60,656 nucleotides of DNA from positions 1-60,656 of IMG/VR virus record IMGVR_UViG_3300049002_000003. One strand, 5' to 3'. The stretch comes from a virus (Duplodnaviria; Caudoviricetes). The notes under the pieces are model-generated. The model was not told the origin of the DNA, did no database searches, and saw nothing but the letters and a program-made list of their open reading frames with translations. A program made the translations under genes and the position numbers. Below are positions 1 through 10,104 of the stretch, one piece after another; within the stretch, counting starts at the first letter, position 1; each line of letters begins with the position of its first letter.

Positions 1-127
1 GCGGAGTGGTGTTCGTGAGGATCTGCTTGACGGCCTTCTCCAGCGAGTCGAGCCGCTGTAGCACTCCGGGGTTCTTGGGGTCCGGGTTGCTCAGGTAGGC
101 GTTCGTCCGCGTGTTCGACATGGCGCC
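1..127. repeat. Terminal direct repeat (copy 1), identical to 60530-60656; assembly circularisation overlap
   Basis: Exact 127-nt identity with the last 127 nt. The endolysin reading frame continues across the junction. Confidence 0.95.
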
Positions 128-892
128 GTGCGGGCCGTCTTCCTTGAACGGCGTTCCAGGGCCGGCGTGAACCTGACCGCGCCGGATGTTGAAGTTGACA
201 TCCTTGCATTCGTTGACCGCAGTCAGCAGTTCCGCGAATGCCTTCTTGGCCTCAGCGTCCATGACGAGTTCATCTCCTGTCGCTGCATTCCGGTTGATGG
301 TCTTCGGGTTGACGAGGTACAGGGCTACACGCGCCCGCATCCAGATCGTGCTCAGTCGGCCGTCTGGAGCCGGCTTCGGGTCGTTCTTGCGGCCCTTTGG
401 CCGCGCCCAATCGAGATGCCCCATGTACCCGCCGGCACTGACAGCACCGACCCAATGCCCGTGTTTCTTGGCCGTCAGAATGTTCGCTGCGACCAGTCGC
501 GGGTAGCAGTCGAACTGCTCCTTGGTCCAGTCCACGCCGGCGCCGCGCGACTCAGCCTCGATGCCGACTAGTCGCGCTCCCCCATATGCCGGAGGTGACA
601 CGATGCCCCATCCCTCGCCCACACCAGCGTGGTAGGAATGACCCGCAGCACAGATGAAGATCCGACCTGAGCGGCCGAGACCGTTCTGCGCCAGCGGCCC
701 AGGCAGGTCCGAGCGACCGTTGATGATCGTGTTGAGGGTTGGGTAGTCGCCGTCCGCCTGCGAACCGGTGTGGTGCCCGAGTATGCCACGGACTTCCGTC
801 ATCTGGCCATGTCCGCGCGTCGACCAGCCCGGCACCACGACAACCGGGTAGCCCGTCATGCCGGCTGCTTCAGGTAGCCAGTTGAGCCACAT
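1..892 (-). CDS. Endolysin, N-acetylmuramoyl-L-alanine amidase (Amidase_2 type); 5' part, continues across the circular junction to the stop at 60507 (304 aa total)
   Basis: Not in the ORF track; translated by hand from ATG 892: MWLNWLPEAAGMTGYPVVVVPGWSTRGHG...GILGHHTGS...LPGPLAQ.GLGRSG....AAGHSYHAGVG...VGIEAE...WTKEQ...MGHLDWA..GRKNDP. These are typical actinophage amidase zinc-ligand motifs. It lies directly upstream of the holin-like gene. Confidence 0.88.
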   Translation of the reverse strand, partial: MWLNWLPEAAGMTGYPVVVVPGWSTRGHGQMTEVRGILGHHTGSQADGDYPTLNTIINGRSDLPGPLAQNGLGRSGRIFICAAGHSYHAGVGEGWGIVSPPAYGGARLVGIEAESRGAGVDWTKEQFDCYPRLVAANILTAKKHGHWVGAVSAGGYMGHLDWARPKGRKNDPKPAPDGRLSTIWMRARVALYLVNPKTINRNAATGDELVMDAEAKKAFAELLTAVNECKDVNFNIRRGQVHAGPGTPFKEDGPHGAMSNTRTNAYLSNPDPKNPGVLQRLDSLEKAVKQILTNTTP

Positions 893-1089
893 TACGGCAC
901 CACCGGCGCCGAGCCACCATCTTCGGCCGGAACGTACTTGACAGTCATCTGATCCAGTTCCTGGTCGCTGGTGTGATTCCCTTCGCTCCAGTCGTCGCCC
1001 GGCTGCTGCTGGTGCGAGCCGTGCGCAGGATGCGGCGCGCCACGAATGGCGGTCTGCTCCTCTTCGGCCGTGATTGGTTGGGGTTCCAT
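892..1089 (-). CDS. Small hypothetical protein upstream of the endolysin
   Basis: 65-aa ORF with a GAGGAGG RBS. Its TAA stop overlaps the endolysin ATG. Confidence 0.6.
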   Translation of the reverse strand: MEPQPITAEEEQTAIRGAPHPAHGSHQQQPGDDWSEGNHTSDQELDQMTVKYVPAEDGGSAPVVP

Positions 1090-1113
1090 TTGCCCTCCTC
1101 TGTTGTATGGGAG

Positions 1114-1791
1114 CTACATGACTTCCTGTGCAGATATCGACACGTAGTCATTCGCGTCGAATCGCATGGCTCCGGTACCGGAAGTCCGCTTGACCCGAAA
1201 CTGAACTGTATAGCTACCGGGCGCGAGCGCTGGTGCGACTTTGTTCTCAACCGAGAATGGTTTGCGGTCTCCGGTGACGTTACCGAACCATTGACCAATC
1301 TCGGTATCGACTCCATTGACAAGCGCCGCAAATGACATTGCATTGTTCGCGGCAGTGATGATAGTTCCGGTGCCAGATACTCGCACGAGAATCGAGGTAA
1401 CGGGCGACAGCTTGTTGAGTGTGCAGACTATTCCAGTAAAGCTGGTGTAGCTGGCTGATGAGAAGTCAGTAGTGCCGGCCAAGTCAGTGTAGGTAAGCGG
1501 CACGGTCGGGAAGGCGCTAGCTCCAGCAATCGAGCCTATGATTACTGGCGAGCCGGCGGCAACAAGCAAATAGACCTTGTCCCCCACAGCAGGCGAGTAT
1601 GATGACAGCCATGGCACGCCCGGCACCGGGTCGGGCGGATTCGGGTCATCGTCCGCGATAGCCCAAGTAATCGTTGCTACTCCGGCCGCGAAGGCGCTGA
1701 TTGTCGCTACCTTCAAAACCGGCGCATTCAAGACGTTGCCGAACTCGCGCTTGAACAGCGCTAGCATCGCGCGGACTTCGTCTGCTGCCAT
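1114..1791 (-). CDS. Minor tail protein
   Basis: Last gene of the tail block. N-terminal 'WLSSYSPAVGDKVYLL' OB-like motif is common in actinophage tail-tip proteins; C-terminus is beta-rich. Confidence 0.7.
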   Translation of the reverse strand: MAADEVRAMLALFKREFGNVLNAPVLKVATISAFAAGVATITWAIADDDPNPPDPVPGVPWLSSYSPAVGDKVYLLVAAGSPVIIGSIAGASAFPTVPLTYTDLAGTTDFSSASYTSFTGIVCTLNKLSPVTSILVRVSGTGTIITAANNAMSFAALVNGVDTEIGQWFGNVTGDRKPFSVENKVAPALAPGSYTVQFRVKRTSGTGAMRFDANDYVSISAQEVM

Positions 1792-1792
1792 C

Positions 1793-2953
1793 TTAGATCA
1801 CCTGGGTTCTACAAGCTAGCTCTTGATTGGTATCGGCTGCGCGGGTTGAGATGTCGAACTCATCCGCAATGACAATGCGGTCAATGTGGTCGCGCGGGCT
1901 GACTACCCGAACTACGTCCATCGACTCGTGCGCCGGATTGCCAAACACAGGCACAACGATAGTGTCTGCTACGCCTAGCTCGCGCTGGAGGATAGTGCTA
2001 GCCGCCAAAGCACATTGCGCGTTCGACTTGAGGAATGGCGAAGAGTAGAACCGCACTATGCGCGGAACTGCTCCAACATACGTCAAAGAGGCAGGGTTGC
2101 TATCCTCCGCATATCCCGAGAATGGGCCGGCTACTCCATCGACTTCGTTGGTAGCAAGCACAGCATTCTCGGCCTGTGTCCCGTCAATGTCATGGTCGAT
2201 GTCCCCCATGGTGCTGTTTGTGCCGGCCTGATAGGTCCAAACGACTGTGTTGGGGTCGGCAATCGGCTCTGGCATAGCCTTGATCTGTCCCATGGGGTCT
2301 TGGTACAGCACCATGCCGCAAGCAGTCGCCAACTCCTGTGCGGCGGTAGAAATGTCACTCTGCGCGTCATATACCGCGAGCGCTGTCAAAAAGTCGGTAT
2401 CGGGTAGCGCGATGTCTTGCCGAGCCGATGGCAGAATGGACCGCAGTAGATTCTCTAGCTGGTCCATGACATTGAGGCCAGTTGCGATCTGATAAGTACG
2501 CGGGAACCGACCTCGCAAGTCCCAGAGCCTGTCATAGCACTCCAGCTCAATCTGCGGGTAGCGAATCCGGGCGCGGCCGATCGGCCCAGTGAATATGGGT
2601 ACGTACTCCACATGTGTGCCGGCCGCTACTTCCAGAGGAGTCGCGTCGAAGAACTGGACTCCACGGTACAGCCGGATCTCATTCCGCAGAACCGCGAACG
2701 CATCCTTTGCATCCGACGGTGTCAACAGTCCATCGATGTCCAAAATGGTCGCGCTAGCGGTCCGACGGACGAAGGAGCGCCGCACCTGTACTGTGGCCGA
2801 AACCGTGCCAGCGCGCGCTCCGGTGTTAGGGTCCACGGTCTCGATGCCATGGATGGTAAAGGCCACCTCGCCATCAATGAGGACTTCGGCTTTCGACACC
2901 ACGGTATGCGACTTGACTATGGTGTCGAAGAAGCGCTGCGATGCCTGCCACAT
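1793..2953 (-). CDS. Minor tail protein (tail-tip/hub, DUF5047-like)
   Basis: Second gene after the tape measure; 'NEIRLYRGV...VEYVPIFTG' and 'FYSSPFLKSNAQC' motifs. Confidence 0.75.
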   Translation of the reverse strand: MWQASQRFFDTIVKSHTVVSKAEVLIDGEVAFTIHGIETVDPNTGARAGTVSATVQVRRSFVRRTASATILDIDGLLTPSDAKDAFAVLRNEIRLYRGVQFFDATPLEVAAGTHVEYVPIFTGPIGRARIRYPQIELECYDRLWDLRGRFPRTYQIATGLNVMDQLENLLRSILPSARQDIALPDTDFLTALAVYDAQSDISTAAQELATACGMVLYQDPMGQIKAMPEPIADPNTVVWTYQAGTNSTMGDIDHDIDGTQAENAVLATNEVDGVAGPFSGYAEDSNPASLTYVGAVPRIVRFYSSPFLKSNAQCALAASTILQRELGVADTIVVPVFGNPAHESMDVVRVVSPRDHIDRIVIADEFDISTRAADTNQELACRTQVI

Positions 2954-5589
2954 TACGGCCTCTTCGTCTCAAGGTAGTCGAGCGTTGTGCGGCCCAGGTA
3001 CGACCGGATGCGGTCGGTCTTCCGGCCGATTGGCCGAATGTACTTCTGCCCGCCGTCCGCGAACTGGATCAACAGCGGACGCGCCGCAGGCGACAGTTGC
3101 CGCATCCGGTAAATCTTGAGGGCATCGTCATACCCGACCACGAGCGAGCCGTCTTGCCCGCCGATCCAGTCACTCATCGTCAACGGGTCGCCATCTCGTC
3201 CGGTCGCATGGAACACCAGGAAGTCCTCATCCTGCGACTCGGCCTCTTCCGGCTCGCGCATCAGGACTAGAGCATTCTCGGCTTGGAATGGGTCCTTGAG
3301 GACCGACTGCGACGGCGGAGTCATGTAGACCTGCGCGAACCGAGACTGGGCAGACGCGATTGGTAGCCCGCCAGCAGTCGTCGCGAGGAATTGCGCGGAG
3401 TACATAATGGTCCGGCCTGGCGCGGCCTCGTGGTCGTATACGTTGAAGTTGTCTGAGCCATCCTGCGGCAAAGCCTGCGCCGCACCGCGAATGTCGTACC
3501 AGTCTGACTCGAAGGTCTGCCCTGGCCATGGCGTGTCGTCCGCAGAGGTAATCCGAAACCGCACCATAGTGAGCCTGTAGGACAGGCTAGGCAGGCCTGC
3601 GGTGTCTTCGAGGACAGCGCGAGCGAACACCGTTCCAGCAGGCGCCGTGCCAGCGACAGAGACTTTCTGCTCGGTTGCGGTGAGGTTCGCGGTAGTCGAG
3701 AGGAAGGTTGAGCCGACTTGCGTATTGAACTCGTCCACGTAGATGATGCCAAGTCGAGCAGTCGCATTCGGGATACACCACAGCCAAGCCGAGAGCGTGT
3801 AGTTGATGCCTGCGACGGCAGGGAACATTCTGGGTGAGCCTTCGGTGGTGGCAACTCCATCCGCGTACCCGATATCGAGGTACGAGAACGGCCCAACTCG
3901 GACGTCCCAGATGATCATGCCGGTCGTGGTGTTGTCCGGAGCCTCTGGCGGAGGCCGGTCCAGAACGGTGTGCGTAACGGAGTCGTTCGCCTGCCGTGCG
4001 GTGAAACTGTCCGTGTTGTGCGTCAGGTAGCCAGCCGAGTACAGCTGCGGGTGCGCGAAGTTGCCAACCGGACCGCGACTGACGTAGGCGCCCGACGTCG
4101 TCTTGCCGCGTACCTTGACCGAGCCATTCTGTAGGTAGCCGCCTTGCGTGAAGGTAGCAGTCGGGCCGAAGATCAAGCCGGCTTCATCTACCTGGTGAAT
4201 CTCACCGGCACCAGCGGACACGACTTGCGCGATGACGTCGGCGCTGTCCGCTGTCGCAGGAACAGTCTGGTTGAGGAATACCGCCGTCACATAGCCGGTA
4301 GTTGCGTCAGTCTGGTTCGGGCCGAATGCATCGGCGCCGACTTGCGCTCCTGACTTGTCCAGGAACCGGAGCCCGCAGTTGACTGTTCGCGGCGTAGCGA
4401 CGGCTCGGAATGACAGCGTCGCTGAAATGATCGTGCCGGGCTTGACGTGCCGGCTTGTGATCGTCCCGCCCGAATACGCCTTCATTGTCCCCGCAGCAGT
4501 CGCTGTCATGCGCATGGCATTCAAGCCGGACTTCGGGTTGGTCGAGTTGATAGTGAGCGGCTGGCAGTTCAGGCCGGCCTGCCAGAAGCCGACGCTGGAC
4601 TCAAACTCAGCTGTATCCGTCTCGTGCATATTGATACCGGCGAGCGAGATGTTCAGCATGTTGCGGTAATGCGGAATTCCCAGCTGCTGCGTGACCGCGA
4701 GTGTCGGGGCAGGAGGTGGCGTCAATGTGATCGTGAACACCGACGACTTGGACGAGGCAACAGTCCAGTCGGACCACCAGAGCGAGCCCTCAGGCCCAGG
4801 CCAATCTTGCGCGGCCGAGACGTATGCGATATACGACGTCCCATTGGTAAGGTCTGAAGTCAGCGTATGAGTGTTGCCGCTTCCGATCAGCACGCCGGAG
4901 TCATAGGACGGCACAGTTACGCCAGGGTTGAAGCCGGCCAGCAGAGTAGCCGCTTGCGTATAGACCATGACCTGCCAGCGGGTTTGGTCGTCATCATCGG
5001 GATCGGTGAAGTTGTGCGTCACGGTCGGCCGAGTCGTTCCGGTCGCGCCCGTGACAGCAACGGTGTCAACTACTGGCCGAGTGTTGACGTCTACGTCAAC
5101 GTATAGCTCGCTGATCTTGATGAACTGTCCGCCTTGTGACCGGCGGAAGTGCATAGCTACCTGAATGCGGTTCAGGGCAGCCTGTGTCAGAGCAATCCCG
5201 CCAGGCCCAGAGTAGTTCCAACCGCCCACCTTGACGAGAAAGCTGCCTGGCGTGTAGACGCTCGACGTCGTGAAGGCGAAGACAGGGCCGAGCTTCAATG
5301 TGGAGTTGTCGCGGAAGTAGTTCTGCGCTGTCTCGGCGTGCCCGATGTCAACACCATCGTGCGATCCGCGTACCTGCATACGGATGCCTTTGATGCGGGT
5401 CGTCGCAGTCAGCGCCGGAGTGTTGTCGGCAAACCCCAATTCCAAGAACCCATTGTCGACGCTGCCCTGGGCAAATGTGGTGTCGACAGCAGGCGCGTCA
5501 TCCAAGACCGAGAATGCGGGAGCCGCGCCGCTGATGTTGACGTTCTTCTTGGTGTCTGTCGATGTCGGCCGAATCTGGGTGACACTCAT
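2953..5589 (-). CDS. Large minor tail protein with Ig-like and carbohydrate-binding-like domains
   Basis: 878 aa, immediately after the tape measure. Thr/Gly/Ala-rich beta composition; two CBM-like segments ending in 'TVPATA..A.V' and 'TAPAGTVFARAV'. Confidence 0.75.
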   Translation of the reverse strand: MSVTQIRPTSTDTKKNVNISGAAPAFSVLDDAPAVDTTFAQGSVDNGFLELGFADNTPALTATTRIKGIRMQVRGSHDGVDIGHAETAQNYFRDNSTLKLGPVFAFTTSSVYTPGSFLVKVGGWNYSGPGGIALTQAALNRIQVAMHFRRSQGGQFIKISELYVDVDVNTRPVVDTVAVTGATGTTRPTVTHNFTDPDDDDQTRWQVMVYTQAATLLAGFNPGVTVPSYDSGVLIGSGNTHTLTSDLTNGTSYIAYVSAAQDWPGPEGSLWWSDWTVASSKSSVFTITLTPPPAPTLAVTQQLGIPHYRNMLNISLAGINMHETDTAEFESSVGFWQAGLNCQPLTINSTNPKSGLNAMRMTATAAGTMKAYSGGTITSRHVKPGTIISATLSFRAVATPRTVNCGLRFLDKSGAQVGADAFGPNQTDATTGYVTAVFLNQTVPATADSADVIAQVVSAGAGEIHQVDEAGLIFGPTATFTQGGYLQNGSVKVRGKTTSGAYVSRGPVGNFAHPQLYSAGYLTHNTDSFTARQANDSVTHTVLDRPPPEAPDNTTTGMIIWDVRVGPFSYLDIGYADGVATTEGSPRMFPAVAGINYTLSAWLWCIPNATARLGIIYVDEFNTQVGSTFLSTTANLTATEQKVSVAGTAPAGTVFARAVLEDTAGLPSLSYRLTMVRFRITSADDTPWPGQTFESDWYDIRGAAQALPQDGSDNFNVYDHEAAPGRTIMYSAQFLATTAGGLPIASAQSRFAQVYMTPPSQSVLKDPFQAENALVLMREPEEAESQDEDFLVFHATGRDGDPLTMSDWIGGQDGSLVVGYDDALKIYRMRQLSPAARPLLIQFADGGQKYIRPIGRKTDRIRSYLGRTTLDYLETKRP

Positions 5590-8303
5590 GCCCGCGCTCC
5601 GGTCTGCAAGGTAGTTGCGATCTTCTTCGTGACGATCCGGGCTATCCCGTCGGCGCCGATAATGAACCGAGCGTTCGTCAAGCCTTCCGTGACGGCATCA
5701 GCGAGCGCAGCCGCGAGCGCGTCTTGAGCGAGCGCCGGAGACGTCCCGTTGCTGCCGCCTAGGCTGGCCGTACGCGATGCCGAAGCCGCTACGGCGGCCG
5801 GTACGCCCAGAACCGTCTCCGGCACGACTAGCGAGACGTCTCGCATGGTCTTCCGCAGGTTGTCCCGCTGCGACACGACACCATCTATGATCATGCGGAC
5901 GATCTGCTTACCGGCGTGGCCCTTGTTCAGGACGCGCAATGGACCTTCCTCAACAGGCGAGCCAGGGATGGCCTTGCCGATGATGCCGGTGACTCGGCTG
6001 ATAGCTCCCCGCACCTTGTCGATCATCGAGGTGATACCACGGATGAGAGCCGCAATCATCTCAACACCGGCATGGAAGAACTTGTCTGCCAAGCCGAGTA
6101 TGGGGGACAGGATGTCTGCTGCGCCGCGAGCCACAGCTGCGACGGCGCGGCCGAATCCGGTAGCTACCGCTGCAACGAAGCGCCCCATGAAGCCGGCTAC
6201 CATGCCGACGATTCGCACCAAACTCTGTACGCCGCTGATGACTAGGCTGACTCCGCGTCTGACCGCAGCGCCGAGGAATGAGTTCCAGAACGCATTCCAA
6301 ACCGCGCGGATCGCAGCAACTGCGCCGCTCACGACGGCTCGGATGACCGCCATACCGGCCGAGACGACAGCGCGCACTACCGCGATAGCGGCTCGGACGA
6401 TCGCCGTTATGACAGCCCAAACGACACTGAATATGGCTCGAATGGCGAACATGCCGGCTCGGATGATCGAGACGATCACGAGTATCCAGACCGTAACGAT
6501 CAGCTTGATAATGGCGAACTCAAGCTTGAACAGCGCGACTATGAGGCCGAAGACAGCGCTGATGATCGGCCAAATGGACTGGAATACATGGAAGACGAAG
6601 ACGATTGCCGCGATGCCGGCCTTGATGATCGCGGTCCAGATTGCGATGTAGACCTTGATGATGGTCGAGATAACTGTGAAGACTGTGCGGACGATCGGCG
6701 CGAGGAAGGCGAACGCCGCATTCCAGGCTCCAATCAAGGACTTGCTGAACGACTTGGCGGCAGCGACGATGGCGATGAATGCCGCCACGAGGCCGCGCCA
6801 GACCGCGAAGACGATCGGCAGCACGTTGTCCTTGAGCCACTTAAAGACTTCCTGCACGATGTTGCGGAAGGTCTGGGACCGCTTGTAGGCGAGAAACAGC
6901 GCCACCCCGAGTAGTACGAGCGCAGCAACCACGAGGAACACGGGGTTGGTGAGTAGCGCCGCATTAAGGAACTTGACGGCGACGCCGATTGCTTTGAGGA
7001 CGGCAGCAACTCCACGCAGTGCCGCGATCGTCCGCATGGCCTCAGCGAACAGCGTTATGAAGCGGACGATCCGGATCACGGCAAACATGAAGATCAGGAC
7101 CGCAGAGGTGACTTGGAGAATCGTCAAGATCAGGTGCTGCGTCTGCGGGGAGAGGTTCGCGAAGGCGTTGGCCCATTCGGTCAAACGCTTCGTCATAGCC
7201 GTAATGCGCGGGATTAGCTGTGTGCCGATAATGATCGCAACTGTCTCAATCGAGCCGCGCATCTGCTCGATTTGGCCTTTGAGGTTGTTCATACGGGTCG
7301 CAGCGACGTCGGCCGCCTTGACCTTCGTCATGGCCTTCGTCATCGTGTTGAATCCGGCCGCTCCAGCCTTTGCCAGCACGGCACTAGCTCGGATGGCGTC
7401 CGAGCCGAACAAAATATCAAGCGTCGCGAGCTTTTGCTGCTGTGACATTCCCTTCAGGGCATTAGACAGGACCTGGGAGATATCCGCGAGCGACTTGGCC
7501 TTGCCCCTGGCATCGAAGAAGTTGTTGGCACCCTTCTTCGTAATGATGCCAAGTTCCTTCATCAAGTTGATCTGCTTCTTCGTCGTCGGGTTGAGATTCA
7601 GAAGCATGGTCTTGAGGGAGGTGCCGGCATCTGAGCCCTTGATGCCGGCATTACCCATGAGGGCAATCCCAGTCGCTAGGTCTGCGAAGGACAGGCCAGC
7701 GAGGTTCGCCGCAGCGCCCGACTGCTGGAGCGACTGCGCGAACTGTTCGACGTCGATGGCCGACGCATTTGCGGCGCCAGCAATCAAGTCCGCAACCTTT
7801 GGCATGTCGCGCGCCTTGAGGTTGAAGACGTTCATAGCATTGGCGGCAATCTCGGCCGCTCGCGGTAGGTCGATCTCACCGGCCGCAGCGAGCGCGACCG
7901 TTGCGTCAGCTGCGCCGTTGAGAACGTCAGGCAGGGAAATGCCGGCCTTGACCAATTCCTCGATGGCCTGCGCCGCTTCCGACGCGCTGAACTTGGTGTC
8001 CTTACCGAGTTGGAGTGCCTTCTTCGACACCAAGTTCATCTGCGAGCCGGTAGCGCCGGAAACGGCCTGGATCGCGGACAGCCGAGCCTGGAAGTTGGCG
8101 GCTGAGTTGACGGCGAGTGCGAAGCCGGCCGCAATCAGACCGCCAGCGATCCCAGCGGACTTGCCTACCTTGTCTACCGAGCCTGAAGACTTCCTGGACT
8201 TGCTTTCGACCTGGTCAATGTCCTTCTTTGCAGCAGCTGCTCCGGCCGGGTTGTATTTGAGGGCAATTTCACCCTCTGCCCGTCCAAGGCTGAAGTCGGA
8301 CAC
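5586..8303 (-). CDS. Tape measure protein (TP901-type core)
   Basis: 905 aa, Ala-rich and helical; 'TKFSASEAAQAIEELVKAG' and 'GIKGSDAGTSLKTML' motifs; periodic W/F repeats in the C-terminal half. Confidence 0.95.
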   Translation of the reverse strand: MSDFSLGRAEGEIALKYNPAGAAAAKKDIDQVESKSRKSSGSVDKVGKSAGIAGGLIAAGFALAVNSAANFQARLSAIQAVSGATGSQMNLVSKKALQLGKDTKFSASEAAQAIEELVKAGISLPDVLNGAADATVALAAAGEIDLPRAAEIAANAMNVFNLKARDMPKVADLIAGAANASAIDVEQFAQSLQQSGAAANLAGLSFADLATGIALMGNAGIKGSDAGTSLKTMLLNLNPTTKKQINLMKELGIITKKGANNFFDARGKAKSLADISQVLSNALKGMSQQQKLATLDILFGSDAIRASAVLAKAGAAGFNTMTKAMTKVKAADVAATRMNNLKGQIEQMRGSIETVAIIIGTQLIPRITAMTKRLTEWANAFANLSPQTQHLILTILQVTSAVLIFMFAVIRIVRFITLFAEAMRTIAALRGVAAVLKAIGVAVKFLNAALLTNPVFLVVAALVLLGVALFLAYKRSQTFRNIVQEVFKWLKDNVLPIVFAVWRGLVAAFIAIVAAAKSFSKSLIGAWNAAFAFLAPIVRTVFTVISTIIKVYIAIWTAIIKAGIAAIVFVFHVFQSIWPIISAVFGLIVALFKLEFAIIKLIVTVWILVIVSIIRAGMFAIRAIFSVVWAVITAIVRAAIAVVRAVVSAGMAVIRAVVSGAVAAIRAVWNAFWNSFLGAAVRRGVSLVISGVQSLVRIVGMVAGFMGRFVAAVATGFGRAVAAVARGAADILSPILGLADKFFHAGVEMIAALIRGITSMIDKVRGAISRVTGIIGKAIPGSPVEEGPLRVLNKGHAGKQIVRMIIDGVVSQRDNLRKTMRDVSLVVPETVLGVPAAVAASASRTASLGGSNGTSPALAQDALAAALADAVTEGLTNARFIIGADGIARIVTKKIATTLQTGARA

Positions 8304-8319
8304 TTTCCCTCCAGGTCTA

Positions 8320-8590
8320 CTACCCGACCGGATTCCTGAACCGCATAGGTAGGCCGAGCCAACGGCGCATTACGCGGTCACGCTTCCGGGCTATCTCTTT
8401 GGCATTCTTGCCTTCAATGCTGTCTAGCTCGGCCTCTAGTGCGGCGCCGAATATCGCCACGGCCTGGTCGAAGCAGAATGCCCGGTATGGGCCATATGCT
8501 TCCTCCACTCCATAGAGAGCACTCGGCCTAACCCGCGCTGTCTGCGACAGCTGATATGCCGTCCACAAGTTCGCCGTATTCCTGACGAAA
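8320..8590 (-). CDS. Tail assembly chaperone, C-terminal (GT-like) part; probably reached by frameshift or from a TTG start at 8568
   Basis: Overlaps the end of the upstream chaperone in the +1 frame and sits just before the tape measure. The 5' boundary is uncertain. Confidence 0.6.
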
Positions 8591-9187
8591 TCGGTCCAGG
8601 TCTGGCGAACCTCCGGCCGCGTAGTTGAAGATGAACTGCTTGTCCATGGCGTCGATCTCGGCGCAGTACAGGAACTCGGGATTGCGGTCGTCGAACGGGA
8701 TCGCATCCGCTGCCGTGAACCTGTGGTAGTGATCGGCATTCTTCTTCTGGTGAACTTCGGCGCCCGGAGTCTCGTTGCACAGCGAGTCGCTGTCAGCGAC
8801 CGGCACGCAGCAGGTCGGGTTGAGCCAGACTGTCGGCTCGACTACCGCCGCAGCGACGGCCGCATCCATCATGTCCATCATCTGGACAATGGTCGTCGGG
8901 TCGCTGCCCATCTCAGCCATCTTCTCCGGCGGCAAGCCCTGCTTCTCGCGGATGGCGGATGCGACGACAGCCGAGAGCGAGTCAGGCATCGCACCGGACG
9001 TCAGGAACATCTCCGGGCCAGGACGGCGTAGCAACGCGACGTTTCCGGACGGGAGCGTGATGGGCACGCCTCGCATACCTTGGATCCACTGCCGCGCTGT
9101 CGTCCGCTGTAGTTCGGCCGTCGCCAACTGTGCGGCGCTAACTGTTCTGGACTGGGCCTTCTTCGGTGTTGCCACTCTGGCCTCCAT
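8528..9187 (-). CDS. Tail assembly chaperone (G-like)
   Basis: Lies between the major tail gene and the tape measure; 'ITLPSGNVALLRRPG' motif. Confidence 0.7.
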   Translation of the reverse strand: MEARVATPKKAQSRTVSAAQLATAELQRTTARQWIQGMRGVPITLPSGNVALLRRPGPEMFLTSGAMPDSLSAVVASAIREKQGLPPEKMAEMGSDPTTIVQMMDMMDAAVAAAVVEPTVWLNPTCCVPVADSDSLCNETPGAEVHQKKNADHYHRFTAADAIPFDDRNPEFLYCAEIDAMDKQFIFNYAAGGSPDLDRFRQEYGELVDGISAVADSAG

Positions 9188-9208
9188 GGACTCCGGTGAC
9201 GGACAGGT

Positions 9209-9562
9209 CTAGAACGGACCGTGCACTTCGACTGTCGTACCGGCTGCGAAGCCGGTATTGGTGAGGGTGACGAGACCGGTGATCGGGTCGCGATGCCGAG
9301 CCGCGTCAATCACGGTAGCCCGCAAACCGGTCGTGATTGGGGTAGTGACGACCACGTCGGCCCAACTTGCCGACGCGGTAGCGCCAGGCGGCAATTGGGA
9401 GTTCGGGTCATCGATGGTTGTGACGAGCGGAGTAGCGGTGGTGTTGGACGTCCGGATGAGGTACCGACCGACCTGCTGAACCGCGATGGTGTCGGATGCG
9501 GTGAGCGCCTGCGGAACAGGAGTCTGCCCGTAGCCTGGCGCGAGAACTGGGATGGCGGTCAT
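9209..9562 (-). CDS. Hypothetical virion protein
   Basis: Thr-rich beta protein with ATGA coupling to the major tail gene. Confidence 0.6.
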   Translation of the reverse strand: MTAIPVLAPGYGQTPVPQALTASDTIAVQQVGRYLIRTSNTTATPLVTTIDDPNSQLPPGATASASWADVVVTTPITTGLRATVIDAARHRDPITGLVTLTNTGFAAGTTVEVHGPF

Positions 9563-10104
9563 GAGATCGCCGTCGCAGTCTCGTTCAGGATGAAGTCGTA
9601 CAGCGCATCCGTCTTGCCGGCTTCGAGTGAGCCGAGCGCAGTGCCCTTCGCGCCCGTGAGCCAGAATGCGCCATCCGACAGCTCACCAGACACACCGTCC
9701 GAAGCGCGCGGCCGGTAGAGCTTCGCGTGGAAGTCACCGCCGTTGTCCGAGATGGACTGGCCTTCGGCCTTGAAGTACGGCCGAGCGTCGGTGACCTTCT
9801 TGGTGTAGGTCGTGATCTGGTTGGGGGTAGTCCCGGTGGTAAGGCTCCCGCCACCATTCAGGACCGAGTAGGCCGCGATGGAGATACCACCGGCTTCCAA
9901 CTCCCAGTTGATCGCCGGACCCTTGCCGCGAACCGCGACGACACGGTCATCGCCGCGCAGTTCCTCGAAGTCCTCAGCTTCCTCGAATGTGAACGTCCGG
10001 CTGTTCGGCAGGTCGACCAGCGACCCTGGTGTGGTGTAGGGCGGCGGCAGCGACTTGAGCCCAACATCACGCATGCCGTACGGCAGCGCGAGATCCCACG
10101 CCAT
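9559..10104 (-). CDS. Major tail (tube) protein
   Basis: 'LPYGMRDV...FEELRGDDRVVAVRGKG...RPYFKAEGQSISDNGGDFH' motifs; strong GAAGGAGG RBS; synteny. Confidence 0.88.
   Translation of the reverse strand: MAWDLALPYGMRDVGLKSLPPPYTTPGSLVDLPNSRTFTFEEAEDFEELRGDDRVVAVRGKGPAINWELEAGGISIAAYSVLNGGGSLTTGTTPNQITTYTKKVTDARPYFKAEGQSISDNGGDFHAKLYRPRASDGVSGELSDGAFWLTGAKGTALGSLEAGKTDALYDFILNETATAIS

Noticed and set aside
1-127. Biological terminal repeats
   Set aside because: The length of 127 matches a common assembler k-mer and the break falls inside the endolysin gene, so it is an assembly overlap.
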